From Limosilactobacillus sp. (lineage in GTDB: Bacteria; Bacillota; Bacilli; Lactobacillales; Lactobacillaceae): a DNA stretch of 64,000 nucleotides. Made by a program: the position numbers and the translations under genes. Below the pieces are notes generated by a model. That model had not been told where the DNA came from, made no database searches, and saw only the letters and a program-made list of their open reading frames with translations. The stretch is taken from assembly GCF_030530845.1 (NCBI RefSeq), contig NZ_JAUMUE010000001.1, one strand, 5' to 3'. Shown here one piece after another: positions 1 through 9,429 of this stretch; position 1 is the first letter of the stretch; every line of letters begins with the position of its first letter.

Positions 1-1812
1 ATGGCCGATGACAGTTCACGCCCATTCCCATTCATCGCCAACAGTTCACTCAACATCGCCATTAGTTTGCGCCGTGACCCTAATGCCAAGAGTGCGGTCA
101 AGCATGAGGTTTTGGAAGGGGACCAAGAAGTTAAGCGCCAGGAAAGCGAACGCGACACCCCGGATATGAAGTTTGCGACTGTCCGTGTACCTGACATCTA
201 CAAGCGCCTGGTTCGTCTGCCGGGTGAAAATAACTTCATCCTGCTTGACGACGTGATTAAGGAATACCTCGGCCTGCTGTTCCCTGGTTACGAAATTTTG
301 GACACCGCAACGTACCGTGTCATGCGGGACATGGACTTGGACGTGGCCGACGAAGATACTTCGGACCTCTTGCGGGCGGTCAAGCACCAACTCCGCGAAC
401 GTGAACACGGGGAAGTGATGCGGCTCGAAGTCCAACACGACATCCACCCCTGGCTAGAAGAACAGCTGATTGACAACCTCCATGTCGGTGAACGATCCAT
501 TTACCGGATCAAGGGGCCAGTTGATTTGACCTTCCTGAAGAAGCTGGCGGGGATGGTTGATGGACACGACGACCTGCGCTTCAAGCCATACAAGTCCTAC
601 CTGAACCCCGCTTTGGACATGGAACACAACATTTTTGAAGCGATCCGCAAGAAGGACTACCTGGTCCAACACCCATACGATGATTTCGCGTCCGTCGTTA
701 ACTTCATCCACCAAGCAGCCACCGATCCGGCCGTCTTGGCAATCAAGATGACGCTGTACCGGGTTTCCGGGAATTCACCAATCATCAAGTACCTCGGAAT
801 GGCGGCACAGCAGGGGAAGCAAGTGACTGTCCTGGTCGAAGTTAAGGCCCGTTTCGACGAGCAAAACAACGTCCGCTGGGCACAACGCCTGGAACAAATG
901 GGCTGTCACGTTATCTACGGTCTGGCCGGCTTGAAGACCCACTGTAAGGTTGCCCTGGTAATTCGCCGGGACGAAGACGGACTCCGCAGATACATGCACC
1001 TGGGGACTGGTAACTACAACGATGTCACCGCCCACTTCTACACCGACCTGGGGATGTTCACTTGTGACCATGACCTCGGTGTCGACATGACGAACCTCTT
1101 CAACATGCTGTCTGGGTTTGCCCGTCCGCCATACTTCAACAAGCTCCGGGTTTCACCAGACGGGATCAGAAATTTCATCAACGAAAAGATCGACGAACAA
1201 ATCGAAGTCGCCAAGTCCGGTAGTCCGGCAATGATCCGGATGAAGATGAATTCGCTCTCCGACAAGCAGATCATCGCCCACCTCTATGAAGCAGCGGCTG
1301 CCGGGGTCAAGATTAAGCTCCTGGTCCGCGGTATCACTTGTCTGCGCAATGACCTGCCAGAACTCCACGGCAACATCGAAGTTCACTCCATTGTTGGACG
1401 GTTCCTGGAACACTCCCGTATCTACCACTTTGTCAGCGATGGCCAGGATGGAATTTTCCTCGCCAGTGCCGACATGATGACGCGGAACCTCAATCGGCGG
1501 GTGGAAGAACTGTACCCAGTTACCCAAGCAGATACGAAGGCCCGTGCAATCGAAATTTTCGATAAGATGTGGGAAGATAATGTTAAGGCCCGGGTCCTCG
1601 TTGGTGATCACTACGAACCAATCGACCGTGGGGACCAACCTGCCTTCAATTCACAAGAGTACTTTGTGAAGCGGGCAACCAAGCTACGCAAAGAACACAC
1701 GAAAGAACAAAAGGCCCGTCGAAACTTCCCCGGGGTATTCGAAACTCTGACAAAGCACGTTTCCAAGCTGCATTTAAAAGAAAGGGATGGTAATGATGGC
1801 GAAGACAAATAA
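1..1812 (+). CDS. ppk: polyphosphate kinase 1, 5'-truncated by window edge
   Basis: Open frame from base 1. PPK1-type motifs are present (THCKVALV, GRFLEHSRIYHF). It overlaps the downstream ppx. Confidence 0.88.
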   Translation: MADDSSRPFPFIANSSLNIAISLRRDPNAKSAVKHEVLEGDQEVKRQESERDTPDMKFATVRVPDIYKRLVRLPGENNFILLDDVIKEYLGLLFPGYEILDTATYRVMRDMDLDVADEDTSDLLRAVKHQLREREHGEVMRLEVQHDIHPWLEEQLIDNLHVGERSIYRIKGPVDLTFLKKLAGMVDGHDDLRFKPYKSYLNPALDMEHNIFEAIRKKDYLVQHPYDDFASVVNFIHQAATDPAVLAIKMTLYRVSGNSPIIKYLGMAAQQGKQVTVLVEVKARFDEQNNVRWAQRLEQMGCHVIYGLAGLKTHCKVALVIRRDEDGLRRYMHLGTGNYNDVTAHFYTDLGMFTCDHDLGVDMTNLFNMLSGFARPPYFNKLRVSPDGIRNFINEKIDEQIEVAKSGSPAMIRMKMNSLSDKQIIAHLYEAAAAGVKIKLLVRGITCLRNDLPELHGNIEVHSIVGRFLEHSRIYHFVSDGQDGIFLASADMMTRNLNRRVEELYPVTQADTKARAIEIFDKMWEDNVKARVLVGDHYEPIDRGDQPAFNSQEYFVKRATKLRKEHTKEQKARRNFPGVFETLTKHVSKLHLKERDGNDGEDK

Positions 1813-2740
1813 TTTAGCGATCATCGACCTTGGTTCTAATTCAGTTCGCTTGAAGATTTCAGAAATCAAGGAAAACGGTGAAACTGAGACTAAGCAATAC
1901 GTGAAAAATTTCGTCCGCCTGTCCTCTGAAATGGGCCCTGAAAAGGTGCTGAAGGAAGAACCGATGCAACGGACGATTGACGCACTTCATGAATTCCGTG
2001 AAATCGTTGATGGTTATGACAAGATCAAGGAAATTGCGGTGGCCACAGCGGCAGTTCGCCAAGCGCAAAACCAGCGTGAATTCCTCGACCGGGTTAAGAA
2101 TGAAGCCGGGTTTGATATCAAGGTGATCTCCGGAGCCCAAGAAGCCTACCTGGATTACGTCGGCGTTAGCCACACTCTGGATATGGAACACGGATTGATC
2201 ATTGATACTGGTGGTGCCAGCATGGAAATCATCGGTGTCGACAACGGGGCTGCGGAAGAAACTATTAGTATTCCCATGGGTTCTGTTATCTTGTCACAAC
2301 GCCACAAGCTCGGTGACAAGATCGACCCAGCGGACCTCTTTGATGCGATGGTCGAAGTCGACGAAGCTTTGTCACACCAGCGCTGGTTGGCTCGCTTCCG
2401 TCGTTCCAACATCGTCGCACTTGGTGGCTGCAACCGTGCGTTAGCCAAGATCTTTCGGTGGCGCAATGCGGTCGACGGCAAACCTGCGCCGATTCACGGA
2501 CTGACCTTAACCGCCGACGAAGCATTCGAAATCATGCACGAACTCCTCGAAACAGACAAGGAGGGCCGTGCAGCGATCCGTGGTATCAACAAGGAACGCG
2601 CAGACGTGATCGTCGGGGGACTGCTGCCATTGTTGGCCCTGATGCGGCAGTTGGCGATCGACGAGGTCCAATTTAGTAACAGCGGATTGCGTGAGGGTTT
2701 GCTATACAAATTCCGTGAACACTCATTGGATTTCGACTGA
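1787..2740 (+). CDS. ppx: exopolyphosphatase (Ppx/GppA family, short form)
   Basis: N-terminal IIDLGSNSVRL and DTGGAS actin-fold ATPase motifs. The start is ambiguous between ATG 1787, 1793 and 1796. It overlaps the ppk stop. Confidence 0.85.
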   Translation: MVMMAKTNNLAIIDLGSNSVRLKISEIKENGETETKQYVKNFVRLSSEMGPEKVLKEEPMQRTIDALHEFREIVDGYDKIKEIAVATAAVRQAQNQREFLDRVKNEAGFDIKVISGAQEAYLDYVGVSHTLDMEHGLIIDTGGASMEIIGVDNGAAEETISIPMGSVILSQRHKLGDKIDPADLFDAMVEVDEALSHQRWLARFRRSNIVALGGCNRALAKIFRWRNAVDGKPAPIHGLTLTADEAFEIMHELLETDKEGRAAIRGINKERADVIVGGLLPLLALMRQLAIDEVQFSNSGLREGLLYKFREHSLDFD

Positions 2741-2774
2741 TTTACTCAATTTTACTTAAATTTACTAATTTACC
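2741..2774 (+). repeat. 10-bp-phased TTTACT direct repeats (x3, plus TTTACC) in the galE upstream region
   Basis: TTTACT occurs at 2741, 2751 and 2761, and TTTACC at 2769. CATAAT follows at 2774-2779. Confidence 0.6.
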
Positions 2775-2846
2775 ATAATAGAGTGTGGTAAAATTACATT
2801 CGTAAAAACATCATTGCATTGATGGTATTACTTAGGAGGAAACAAC

Positions 2847-3842
2847 ATGGCTATTTTAGTTGCTGGTGGGGCCGGATACATCGGTTCACACATGGTAAAA
2901 GATTTGATTGAACACGGTGAAGACGTTGTTGTAGCTGACAACCTCTCAACTGGTCACCGCGCTGCTGTAGATCCAAAGGCAAAGTTCTACGAAGGTGACA
3001 TCCGTGATCGGAAGTTCTTGGACAAGTTGTTCGACAGCGAAGACATCACTGCCATCGTGCACTTCGCAGCCTTCTCAATCGTGCCAGAATCAATGACTAA
3101 GCCACTCAAGTACTTCGACAACAACACTGGTGGTATGATCACTCTGCTCGAAGCCATGAAGGACCACGGCATCAAGCACATCGTCTTCAGCTCTACCGCA
3201 GCTACTTACGGTACTCCTGAACACATGCCAATCAAGGAAACTGACCCACAAAAGCCAATCAACCCATACGGCCTTTCTAAGCTGATGATGGAACAAATGA
3301 TGGCTTGGGCTGACCGCTCATACGGTATCAAGTTCGTCGCATTGCGTTACTTCAACGTTGCCGGTGCAGCTGTTGATGGTTCCATCGGTGAAGACCACGG
3401 TCCAGAAACCCACTTGGTACCAATCATCATGCAAGTCGCACAAGGTAAGCGTGACGAATTGAGCATCTTCGGTAACGACTACAACACCCCAGATGGTACC
3501 AACGTTCGCGATTACGTTCACGTGATGGACTTAGCTGACGCCCACATGTTGGCATTGAAGTACTTGGCAGAAGGTAACGAAAGTGCAGCCTTCAACCTTG
3601 GTTCATCCACTGGTTTCTCCAACATGCAAATGCTCGAAGCTGCCCGTGAAGTAACCGGCAAGCCAATTCCTGCTAAGATGGCTCCTCGTCGTGGTGGTGA
3701 CCCTGACTCACTGATTGCCGCTAGTGACAAGGCACGGAAGGTTCTCGGTTGGAAGCCTAAGTTCGACGATGTTCACGACATTATCGCAACTGCTTGGAAG
3801 TGGCACTCCACTCATCCAAATGGTTTTGACGACCGCGACTAA
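2847..3842 (+). CDS. galE: UDP-glucose 4-epimerase
   Basis: GGAGYIGSH Rossmann motif and PYGLSK (YxxxK). AGGAGG RBS precedes ATG 2847. Confidence 0.93.
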   Translation: MAILVAGGAGYIGSHMVKDLIEHGEDVVVADNLSTGHRAAVDPKAKFYEGDIRDRKFLDKLFDSEDITAIVHFAAFSIVPESMTKPLKYFDNNTGGMITLLEAMKDHGIKHIVFSSTAATYGTPEHMPIKETDPQKPINPYGLSKLMMEQMMAWADRSYGIKFVALRYFNVAGAAVDGSIGEDHGPETHLVPIIMQVAQGKRDELSIFGNDYNTPDGTNVRDYVHVMDLADAHMLALKYLAEGNESAAFNLGSSTGFSNMQMLEAAREVTGKPIPAKMAPRRGGDPDSLIAASDKARKVLGWKPKFDDVHDIIATAWKWHSTHPNGFDDRD

Positions 3843-3957
3843 TTAATGAATTTAAATTTGATCAGACTGACACTGTCAGCTGGTCTTTTTTTATTTCCGG
3901 GAGCCAATAATGCGTCTTGTGTGATAAGATTGTTATTGACTGAAAGGATGATCGGAA

Positions 3958-4683
3958 ATGAAAGTACTGGCCATTGATAGCTCCAACCACCCATTGAGCG
4001 TGGCACTGGTTGAAGATTCGCAACTCTTAGCGACGACAACATTAAATATGGTCCGCAACCACAGTATTTACCTGATGCCAGAGATTGACCGCCTCTGTAA
4101 GCTCGTCTCCTGGACACCAGCAGATATTGACCGGGTGGTAGTAGCGAAGGGCCCTGGTTCATACACGGGTATTCGGATCGCGGTGACGACTGCTAAGGTC
4201 TTAGCGGATACGCTGAAAATTGACCTGGCGGCGGTTTCCAGCTTGGAAGTTATCGCACACAACGTCATCCCCGGCAGCGACCGCGTCATCGTACCATTCT
4301 TTGACGCACGTCGGGGTAACGTCTTCGCTGGCGCATACCAATGGCAAGACGGCAAGCTAACCAACGTTATCGCTGACCAGCACCTTGCGATCACTGACTT
4401 ATTGACCCAGCTGGAATCTGTCAAACGCCCGGTAGTATTAGTAGGTGAAATGACCGCTAAGCTCCAAGATCAGATTGACAAGTTACCAGACAATGTCGCC
4501 CTCGCACCGCAAGAATACAGTATTCCATCCACGTATCATTTGGCCTTGGCCGGTGAAACCCGTGAGACTGTCGAAGATATTGATTCATTCGTACCGGAAT
4601 ACTTGCGGATCACTGAGGCAGAAGCAAATTGGCAAAAACTTCACCCAGGAGAATCTAATGGAAGCTATGTTCGAGAAGTTTAG
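3958..4683 (+). CDS. tsaB: tRNA t6A biosynthesis protein TsaB
   Basis: MKVLAIDSS...GPGSYTGIRI motif. Sits in a tsaB-rimI-tsaD arrangement. Confidence 0.88.
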   Translation: MKVLAIDSSNHPLSVALVEDSQLLATTTLNMVRNHSIYLMPEIDRLCKLVSWTPADIDRVVVAKGPGSYTGIRIAVTTAKVLADTLKIDLAAVSSLEVIAHNVIPGSDRVIVPFFDARRGNVFAGAYQWQDGKLTNVIADQHLAITDLLTQLESVKRPVVLVGEMTAKLQDQIDKLPDNVALAPQEYSIPSTYHLALAGETRETVEDIDSFVPEYLRITEAEANWQKLHPGESNGSYVREV

Positions 4684-5236
4684 ACTTTGGTGTGAGCAGA
4701 CGATTTCGCACCAACAACCAGAGACAATGGAATACCGTCCGCGACTCGTGAGTTTTAATGGCAACCACTACACCCTGCGTCAAGCGCGGTGTAGCAGTCA
4801 CGACATCGACCAGATCATCGCAATTGAACAACGGATCTACGGCGAATTACCATGGTCACCAACGACTTTCCGTTTAGAATTGAGTCGGCACATTGACCGG
4901 GTCTATATTGTGATGGAACATGAAGAGAAAATCGTGGGTTTCATGGGATTGGGAGCAGATTGGTTCTTGCGTGACCTGCATATTACGAATATCGGGGTTG
5001 ATCCGGAATGGCAAAACCGTGGAATTGGTACATACCTGATCAGCGCTGGTTTTTCCTATGCCAAGGCCAATGAGATGAAGTCCATGAGTCTGGAAGTCCG
5101 CGTCAATAACGACCGTGCCCGCCGCCTGTACGAGCGGATGGGCTTTGAGACGAGTCGGACGCGCAAGGGCTATTACAGAGATAACCATGAAGACGCGCTG
5201 GAGATGACGGCGAGCCTGATCAACAGAGGAGAGTAA
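4658..5236 (+). CDS. rimI: ribosomal-protein-alanine N-acetyltransferase (GNAT)
   Basis: GNAT motif QNRGIGTYL...RRLYERMGF. AGGAG at 4647-4651 precedes ATG 4658. The track ORF from 4475 is an upstream extension inside tsaB. Confidence 0.82.
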   Translation: MEAMFEKFRLWCEQTISHQQPETMEYRPRLVSFNGNHYTLRQARCSSHDIDQIIAIEQRIYGELPWSPTTFRLELSRHIDRVYIVMEHEEKIVGFMGLGADWFLRDLHITNIGVDPEWQNRGIGTYLISAGFSYAKANEMKSMSLEVRVNNDRARRLYERMGFETSRTRKGYYRDNHEDALEMTASLINRGE

Positions 5237-5239
5237 TCA

Positions 5240-6265
5240 ATGGCAGAACGAAACTTAATTCTTGCGTTTGAGAGCAGTTGTGACGAGACCAGTGTCGCAG
5301 TGGTCGAAAATGGCGAAAAGATTTTGAGTAACATTGTGGCGACTCAGATCAAAAGTCACCAACGTTTCGGTGGGGTCGTACCTGAAGTTGCCAGTCGTCA
5401 CCATATCGAATGGATCAACCGCTGTATTGACGAAGCTTTAGCTGAAGCAAATGTGACATACGATGACCTGGCTGCCGTGGCGATCACGTACGGACCGGGA
5501 TTAGTTGGTTCACTCTTGGTTGGTGTGACTGCTGCCAAGGTCGTTGCCTGGACACATGGTTTACCACTGATTCCAGTTAACCACATGGCGGGGCACATCT
5601 ACGCAGCTCGTTATGTCGGTGAATTCAAGTACCCTCAAATGGCACTCCTGGTTTCCGGGGGGCACACCGAGTTGGTCTACATGCCAAAGGAACACGAATA
5701 CCAAATTATTGGTGAAACCCGTGACGACGCAGCCGGAGAAGCATATGACAAGGTCGGCCGGGTGCTTGGCGTCAACTACCCAGCCGGTAAGACAATCGAC
5801 GAATGGGCGGCGCAGGGTCAGGATACCTTCCACTTCCCACGGGCGATGGAAAAGGAAGACAACTTCGACTTTAGCTTTAGTGGTTTGAAGAGTGCATTCA
5901 TCAATACCGTTCACAACGCCGACCAACGTGGTGAAGAACTCGACAAATACGACCTGGCTGCTAGCTTCCAACAAAGCGTGGTCGACGTTTTGGCCGAAAA
6001 GACGATCCGTGCTTTGGATGAATATCCAGTTAAGCAATTGATCCTGGCTGGTGGTGTGGCCGCCAACCACGGACTCCGTAGCCGGTTAGAACACGATATG
6101 CAAAAGTTCCACCCAGAAGTAGGAATGTTACAAGCACCGCTCAAGCTTTGTGGTGATAACGCCGCAATGATTGGCGCTGCCGGATACATCAACTTCATCA
6201 ACGGTGACCGGGCACAAATGGACTTAAACGCCGTGCCGGGACTCAATTTTGAACGCATGAAATAG
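5240..6265 (+). CDS. tsaD: tRNA N6-adenosine threonylcarbamoyltransferase
   Basis: Kae1/Gcp/TsaD motifs: [25 protein letters not shown]. Confidence 0.93.
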   Translation: MAERNLILAFESSCDETSVAVVENGEKILSNIVATQIKSHQRFGGVVPEVASRHHIEWINRCIDEALAEANVTYDDLAAVAITYGPGLVGSLLVGVTAAKVVAWTHGLPLIPVNHMAGHIYAARYVGEFKYPQMALLVSGGHTELVYMPKEHEYQIIGETRDDAAGEAYDKVGRVLGVNYPAGKTIDEWAAQGQDTFHFPRAMEKEDNFDFSFSGLKSAFINTVHNADQRGEELDKYDLAASFQQSVVDVLAEKTIRALDEYPVKQLILAGGVAANHGLRSRLEHDMQKFHPEVGMLQAPLKLCGDNAAMIGAAGYINFINGDRAQMDLNAVPGLNFERMK

Positions 6266-6320
6266 AAAAAGATCAAGATCATACCCACTGATTTTAGCGG
6301 GTGAGATCTTGATCTTTTTT
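6266..6320. terminator. bidirectional intrinsic terminator (tsaD / proC)
   Basis: AAAAAGATCAAGATC ... GATCTTGATCTTTTTT inverted repeat with A/T runs on both sides. Confidence 0.8.
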
Positions 6321-6321
6321 G

Positions 6322-7080
6322 TTAGTCGTTAGCCTTGTTTACTGCATCGATAACGGCATAGCGGAAGCCGTTCTTTTCAAGCGCTTCGACACCACGGATG
6401 GTTGTGCCGGCCGGGGATGTCACTTGGTCGCGAAGAGCTGCAGGCGAGAGTTTCGTTTCGTAGGCGAGGGCACCGCTACCCTTGACCATGCTGGCGATCA
6501 GTTGGTAGGCGGTTTGGCGGTTGAGGCTGTACTTGACGGAAGCATCACTGAGCGCATCCATGAAGACATCGACAAATGCGGGACCACAGCCACCGACCAC
6601 CCCGACGATTCCGAGCTTGTCTTCGGGGACGAGGATGATGTCACCGAGTTGGGACAGGACGTGTTCGATCTTATCCTTGTCGGTGTCGTCTTCTAATGCC
6701 AGGCCAATTGTTCCGGCATTTACGGCAACTGGGGTGTTAGGGATGATCGCTGCGATCGTGTTGTGAGGCAGGACCTCCTTCAGTTCAGCGATTGTTACCC
6801 CGGCAGCTGCGGAGATGATGACGGCCTTTGAGTCCAGACCAGTCAGTTTTTTTGCCATGTCGACAGTGATTGGTGCAGGAGTTGTCATGATCACCACGTC
6901 CGGTTGGTATGCGACCAGGTCTTCGTATTGGTTGAAAAGGGTGAAACCTAATTCGTCCGCCAAGGCAGTCACACGTGGGTTAGATGGATTCATCCCCGCC
7001 ACCTCATCATTGCCGGAAGCGACGAGTCCCTTGATCATTGCAGCGCCCATGTTTCCGACACCGATTATAGAAATTTTCAT
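6322..7080 (-). CDS. proC: pyrroline-5-carboxylate reductase
   Basis: MKISIIGVGNMG NAD(P) motif and C-terminal TSPAGTTI motif. Confidence 0.9.
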   Translation of the reverse strand: MKISIIGVGNMGAAMIKGLVASGNDEVAGMNPSNPRVTALADELGFTLFNQYEDLVAYQPDVVIMTTPAPITVDMAKKLTGLDSKAVIISAAAGVTIAELKEVLPHNTIAAIIPNTPVAVNAGTIGLALEDDTDKDKIEHVLSQLGDIILVPEDKLGIVGVVGGCGPAFVDVFMDALSDASVKYSLNRQTAYQLIASMVKGSGALAYETKLSPAALRDQVTSPAGTTIRGVEALEKNGFRYAVIDAVNKAND

Positions 7081-7142
7081 TTTCGAACCTCCTTAATTAT
7101 CTTAATTATACGGAATTATTTACGAAAATTTGATTAGAAAAA

Positions 7143-7171
7143 TTGACATTACATTAAAAATGAATTAGAAT
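7143..7171 (+). promoter_or_regulatory. sigma-A type promoter of the T-box leader
   Basis: TTGACA (7143-7148), 17-nt spacer, TAGAAT (7166-7171). Confidence 0.65.
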
Positions 7172-7179
7172 TCTGGCAA

Positions 7180-7421
7180 ATAAAAGTTTGTGCATAAGAG
7201 GTGAGTACCCTGCTTGGAGGTATGACAGAGAGTTTCAAGAGCTGAGAAGAAACTGCCGGGGCAAGGGAAGATGGCCGATTAGTAGCCTGTTGGTGAGCGT
7301 GAGTAAGCCAACGCGGAATAGTCCCGTTACGACTTTGGTGAGACCGCTGGAAATTATGGCGGTGAATTAAGGTGGTACCACGGGTCAACCTCGTCCTTTA
7401 ACTGGGCGGGGTTATTTTTTT
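7180..7421 (+). promoter_or_regulatory. T-box leader RNA (probable Met specifier) with terminator
   Basis: Conserved boxes: AGTA 7204-7207, AGAGAG 7228-7233, F-box CCGTTA about 7323-7328, and T-box AATTAAGGTGGTACCACG 7365-7382. Terminator is CCTCGTCC/GGGCGGGG plus a T-run (7389-7421). The candidate specifier is ATG 7271-7273; the alternative register is GAT 7270-7272. Confidence 0.85.
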
Positions 7422-7434
7422 AGAGGTGATTATT

Positions 7435-8220
7435 GTGAAAATTAAAGTGGCACTTGCACAATTTGATATTAAGTTTGGTGATCCCAAGGCTAACGAAAAG
7501 CGGGTTGAGGAATTGACTAAGGAAGCGGCTGATGGGAATGCGGATGTCGTTGTTTTTCCAGAAATGTGGAACACTGGCTATGCACTCGATAAGTTAGACC
7601 AGCTGGCGGATGAAAAGGGTGAAGAGACTAAGCAACTTTTCTACAAGCTCGCACGTCAGTACCAAATCGGAATTGTCGGTGGATCCGTCGCGGTCAAAGA
7701 AAATGGAAAGTTCTATAACCGGACGCTGGTTGTCGATCCGGTCGGTGAAGTGGTTGGCCAATACGACAAGGTTCACCTCTTCCGGCTGATGCACGAGCAC
7801 AAGTTCTTGACAGCTGGTGAGCAGGAAAGCTACTTCCGGATCGCCGGAGTACCTTCCGCAAGTTTCATCTGCTACGACCTGCGTTTCCCAGAATGGATCC
7901 GGACTGTCGCATTGCATGGTGCGGCCGTACTCTACTTCCCAGCTGAATGGCCAAGCGCACGGATTGAGCAGTGGGAGATTATGCTCAAGGCACGGGCAGT
8001 GGAAAACCAAACTTTCGTCGTCGCTGTCAACCGTGTCGGCAAAGATCCCGATAACCAGTACAATGGTCACTCCCTGGTGATCGACCCGCTTGGACACGTG
8101 ATCGCTGACGCTGGGGACAAGGACGGTATTACATTTGCCGATATTGACCTCGACCAACTCAATCAAGTTCGCGGACCAATCCCAGTCTTTGCGGACAGAA
8201 AGCCGAAATTATACAAATAA
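7435..8220 (+). CDS. carbon-nitrogen hydrolase, omega-amidase (MtnU/YafV-like)
   Basis: Nitrilase-superfamily pattern: VALAQFDI..., FPEMWNTGY, ICYDLRFPE. AGAGG RBS lies 8 nt before GTG 7435. The track start at 7426 overlaps the RBS. Confidence 0.82.
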   Translation: MKIKVALAQFDIKFGDPKANEKRVEELTKEAADGNADVVVFPEMWNTGYALDKLDQLADEKGEETKQLFYKLARQYQIGIVGGSVAVKENGKFYNRTLVVDPVGEVVGQYDKVHLFRLMHEHKFLTAGEQESYFRIAGVPSASFICYDLRFPEWIRTVALHGAAVLYFPAEWPSARIEQWEIMLKARAVENQTFVVAVNRVGKDPDNQYNGHSLVIDPLGHVIADAGDKDGITFADIDLDQLNQVRGPIPVFADRKPKLYK

Positions 8221-8238
8221 GAAAGATAGGTGGATGCT

Positions 8239-9417
8239 ATGGAATTTCAACAATCTAGATTACTCGACACCCTTCCAACACAGTTTTTTGCCACATTGGT
8301 TGCTAAAGTCCAAAAGAAGATTGCTTCCGGCGTTGACGTGATTAACCTGGGGCAGGGGAACCCGGACAAGCCAACTCCTGACTATATCGTCAAGTCTACG
8401 CAAAAGTGGGTGGCTGATCCCGCTACGCACAAGTATTCACCTTTCCAAGGATTGACTGAATTTAAGCAGGCCGCCGCAGATTTCTATCAGGAAAAATACG
8501 GAGCAGAGATTGACCCCAACACAGAAGTCACGATTCTCGGCGGGTCCAAGATCGGGTTAGTGGAATTGCCATGGGCCTTGATGAACCCGGGCGACACCCT
8601 GTTGTTGCCGGATCCTGGATACCCCGATTACTTATCCGGTGCAGCTTTAGGTGACGTCAAGTTCGAAACCGTGCCATTGCTGGAAGAAAATGACTTCTTG
8701 CCTGACCTGGACGCAATCCCAGAAGACGTGGCTAAGCGGGCAAAGTTCTTCTACCTAAACTACCCAAACAACCCCACCGGCGCGGTCGCAACCAAGGAAT
8801 TCTACGCAGACCTGGTCGCATGGGCAAAGAAATACCAAGTCGGCATTATTAGTGACTTTGCATATGGTGCGATTGGCTTTGATGGCCAGGCACCGGTTAG
8901 CTTCATGGAAACACCGGGTGCCAAGGAAGTTGGGATTGAGTTTTACACCTACTCCAAGACTTTCAACATGGCTGGTTGGCGAATCGCCTTTGCGGTAGGT
9001 AACGCGGACATTATTCACGCCCTCAACCTGATCCAAGACCACCTCTTCGTGAGCCTTTTCCCAGCACTCCAATACGCTGCGATTGACGCGCTTAAGGACC
9101 CAGCTCGCGATGAAGAAATTGCCAAGATCGTGGGTCGCTACGAAGAACGCCGTGACGCCTTTGTGACCGCGGCCGAAAAGATCGGCTGGCATGCATTTGT
9201 GCCAAAGGGAACCTTCTACGCCTGGATGCCTGTTCCAGCAGGTTACACGAGTGAATCATTCGCGGACCTGTTGCTGGACAAGGCGGGCGTCGTGGTTGCT
9301 CCCGGAAACGGGTTTGGTGAGCATGGTGAAGGCTACGTCCGGATCGGATTGTTGATTGAACCCGACCGCTTGCGTGAAGCTGTTGACCGCATTGATAAAC
9401 TGCACTTATTTGAATAG
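8239..9417 (+). CDS. class I PLP aminotransferase, MtnE/YkrV-like (glutamine-dependent keto-acid transaminase)
   Basis: INLGQGNPD, YPNNPTG and YSKTFNMAGWR (PLP lysine) motifs. ATG 8239 follows AGGTGGA; the alternative start is GTG 8230. It is adjacent to the omega-amidase, as in B. subtilis mtnU-mtnE. Confidence 0.8.
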   Translation: MEFQQSRLLDTLPTQFFATLVAKVQKKIASGVDVINLGQGNPDKPTPDYIVKSTQKWVADPATHKYSPFQGLTEFKQAAADFYQEKYGAEIDPNTEVTILGGSKIGLVELPWALMNPGDTLLLPDPGYPDYLSGAALGDVKFETVPLLEENDFLPDLDAIPEDVAKRAKFFYLNYPNNPTGAVATKEFYADLVAWAKKYQVGIISDFAYGAIGFDGQAPVSFMETPGAKEVGIEFYTYSKTFNMAGWRIAFAVGNADIIHALNLIQDHLFVSLFPALQYAAIDALKDPARDEEIAKIVGRYEERRDAFVTAAEKIGWHAFVPKGTFYAWMPVPAGYTSESFADLLLDKAGVVVAPGNGFGEHGEGYVRIGLLIEPDRLREAVDRIDKLHLFE

Positions 9418-9429
9418 GAGACCAAAATT

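Noticed and set aside
6319-6696. 125-aa + strand ORF
   Set aside because: It lies entirely antisense within proC, which has clear family motifs. It has no RBS and is a typical mirror-frame artefact.
7149-7388. 79-aa (-) and 60-aa (+) ORFs between proC and the amidase gene
   Set aside because: The region is a T-box leader RNA with all conserved boxes. The ORFs have no RBS and odd composition.
7594-8166. 190-aa minus-strand ORF
   Set aside because: It is antisense to the nitrilase-family gene and has no start signals.
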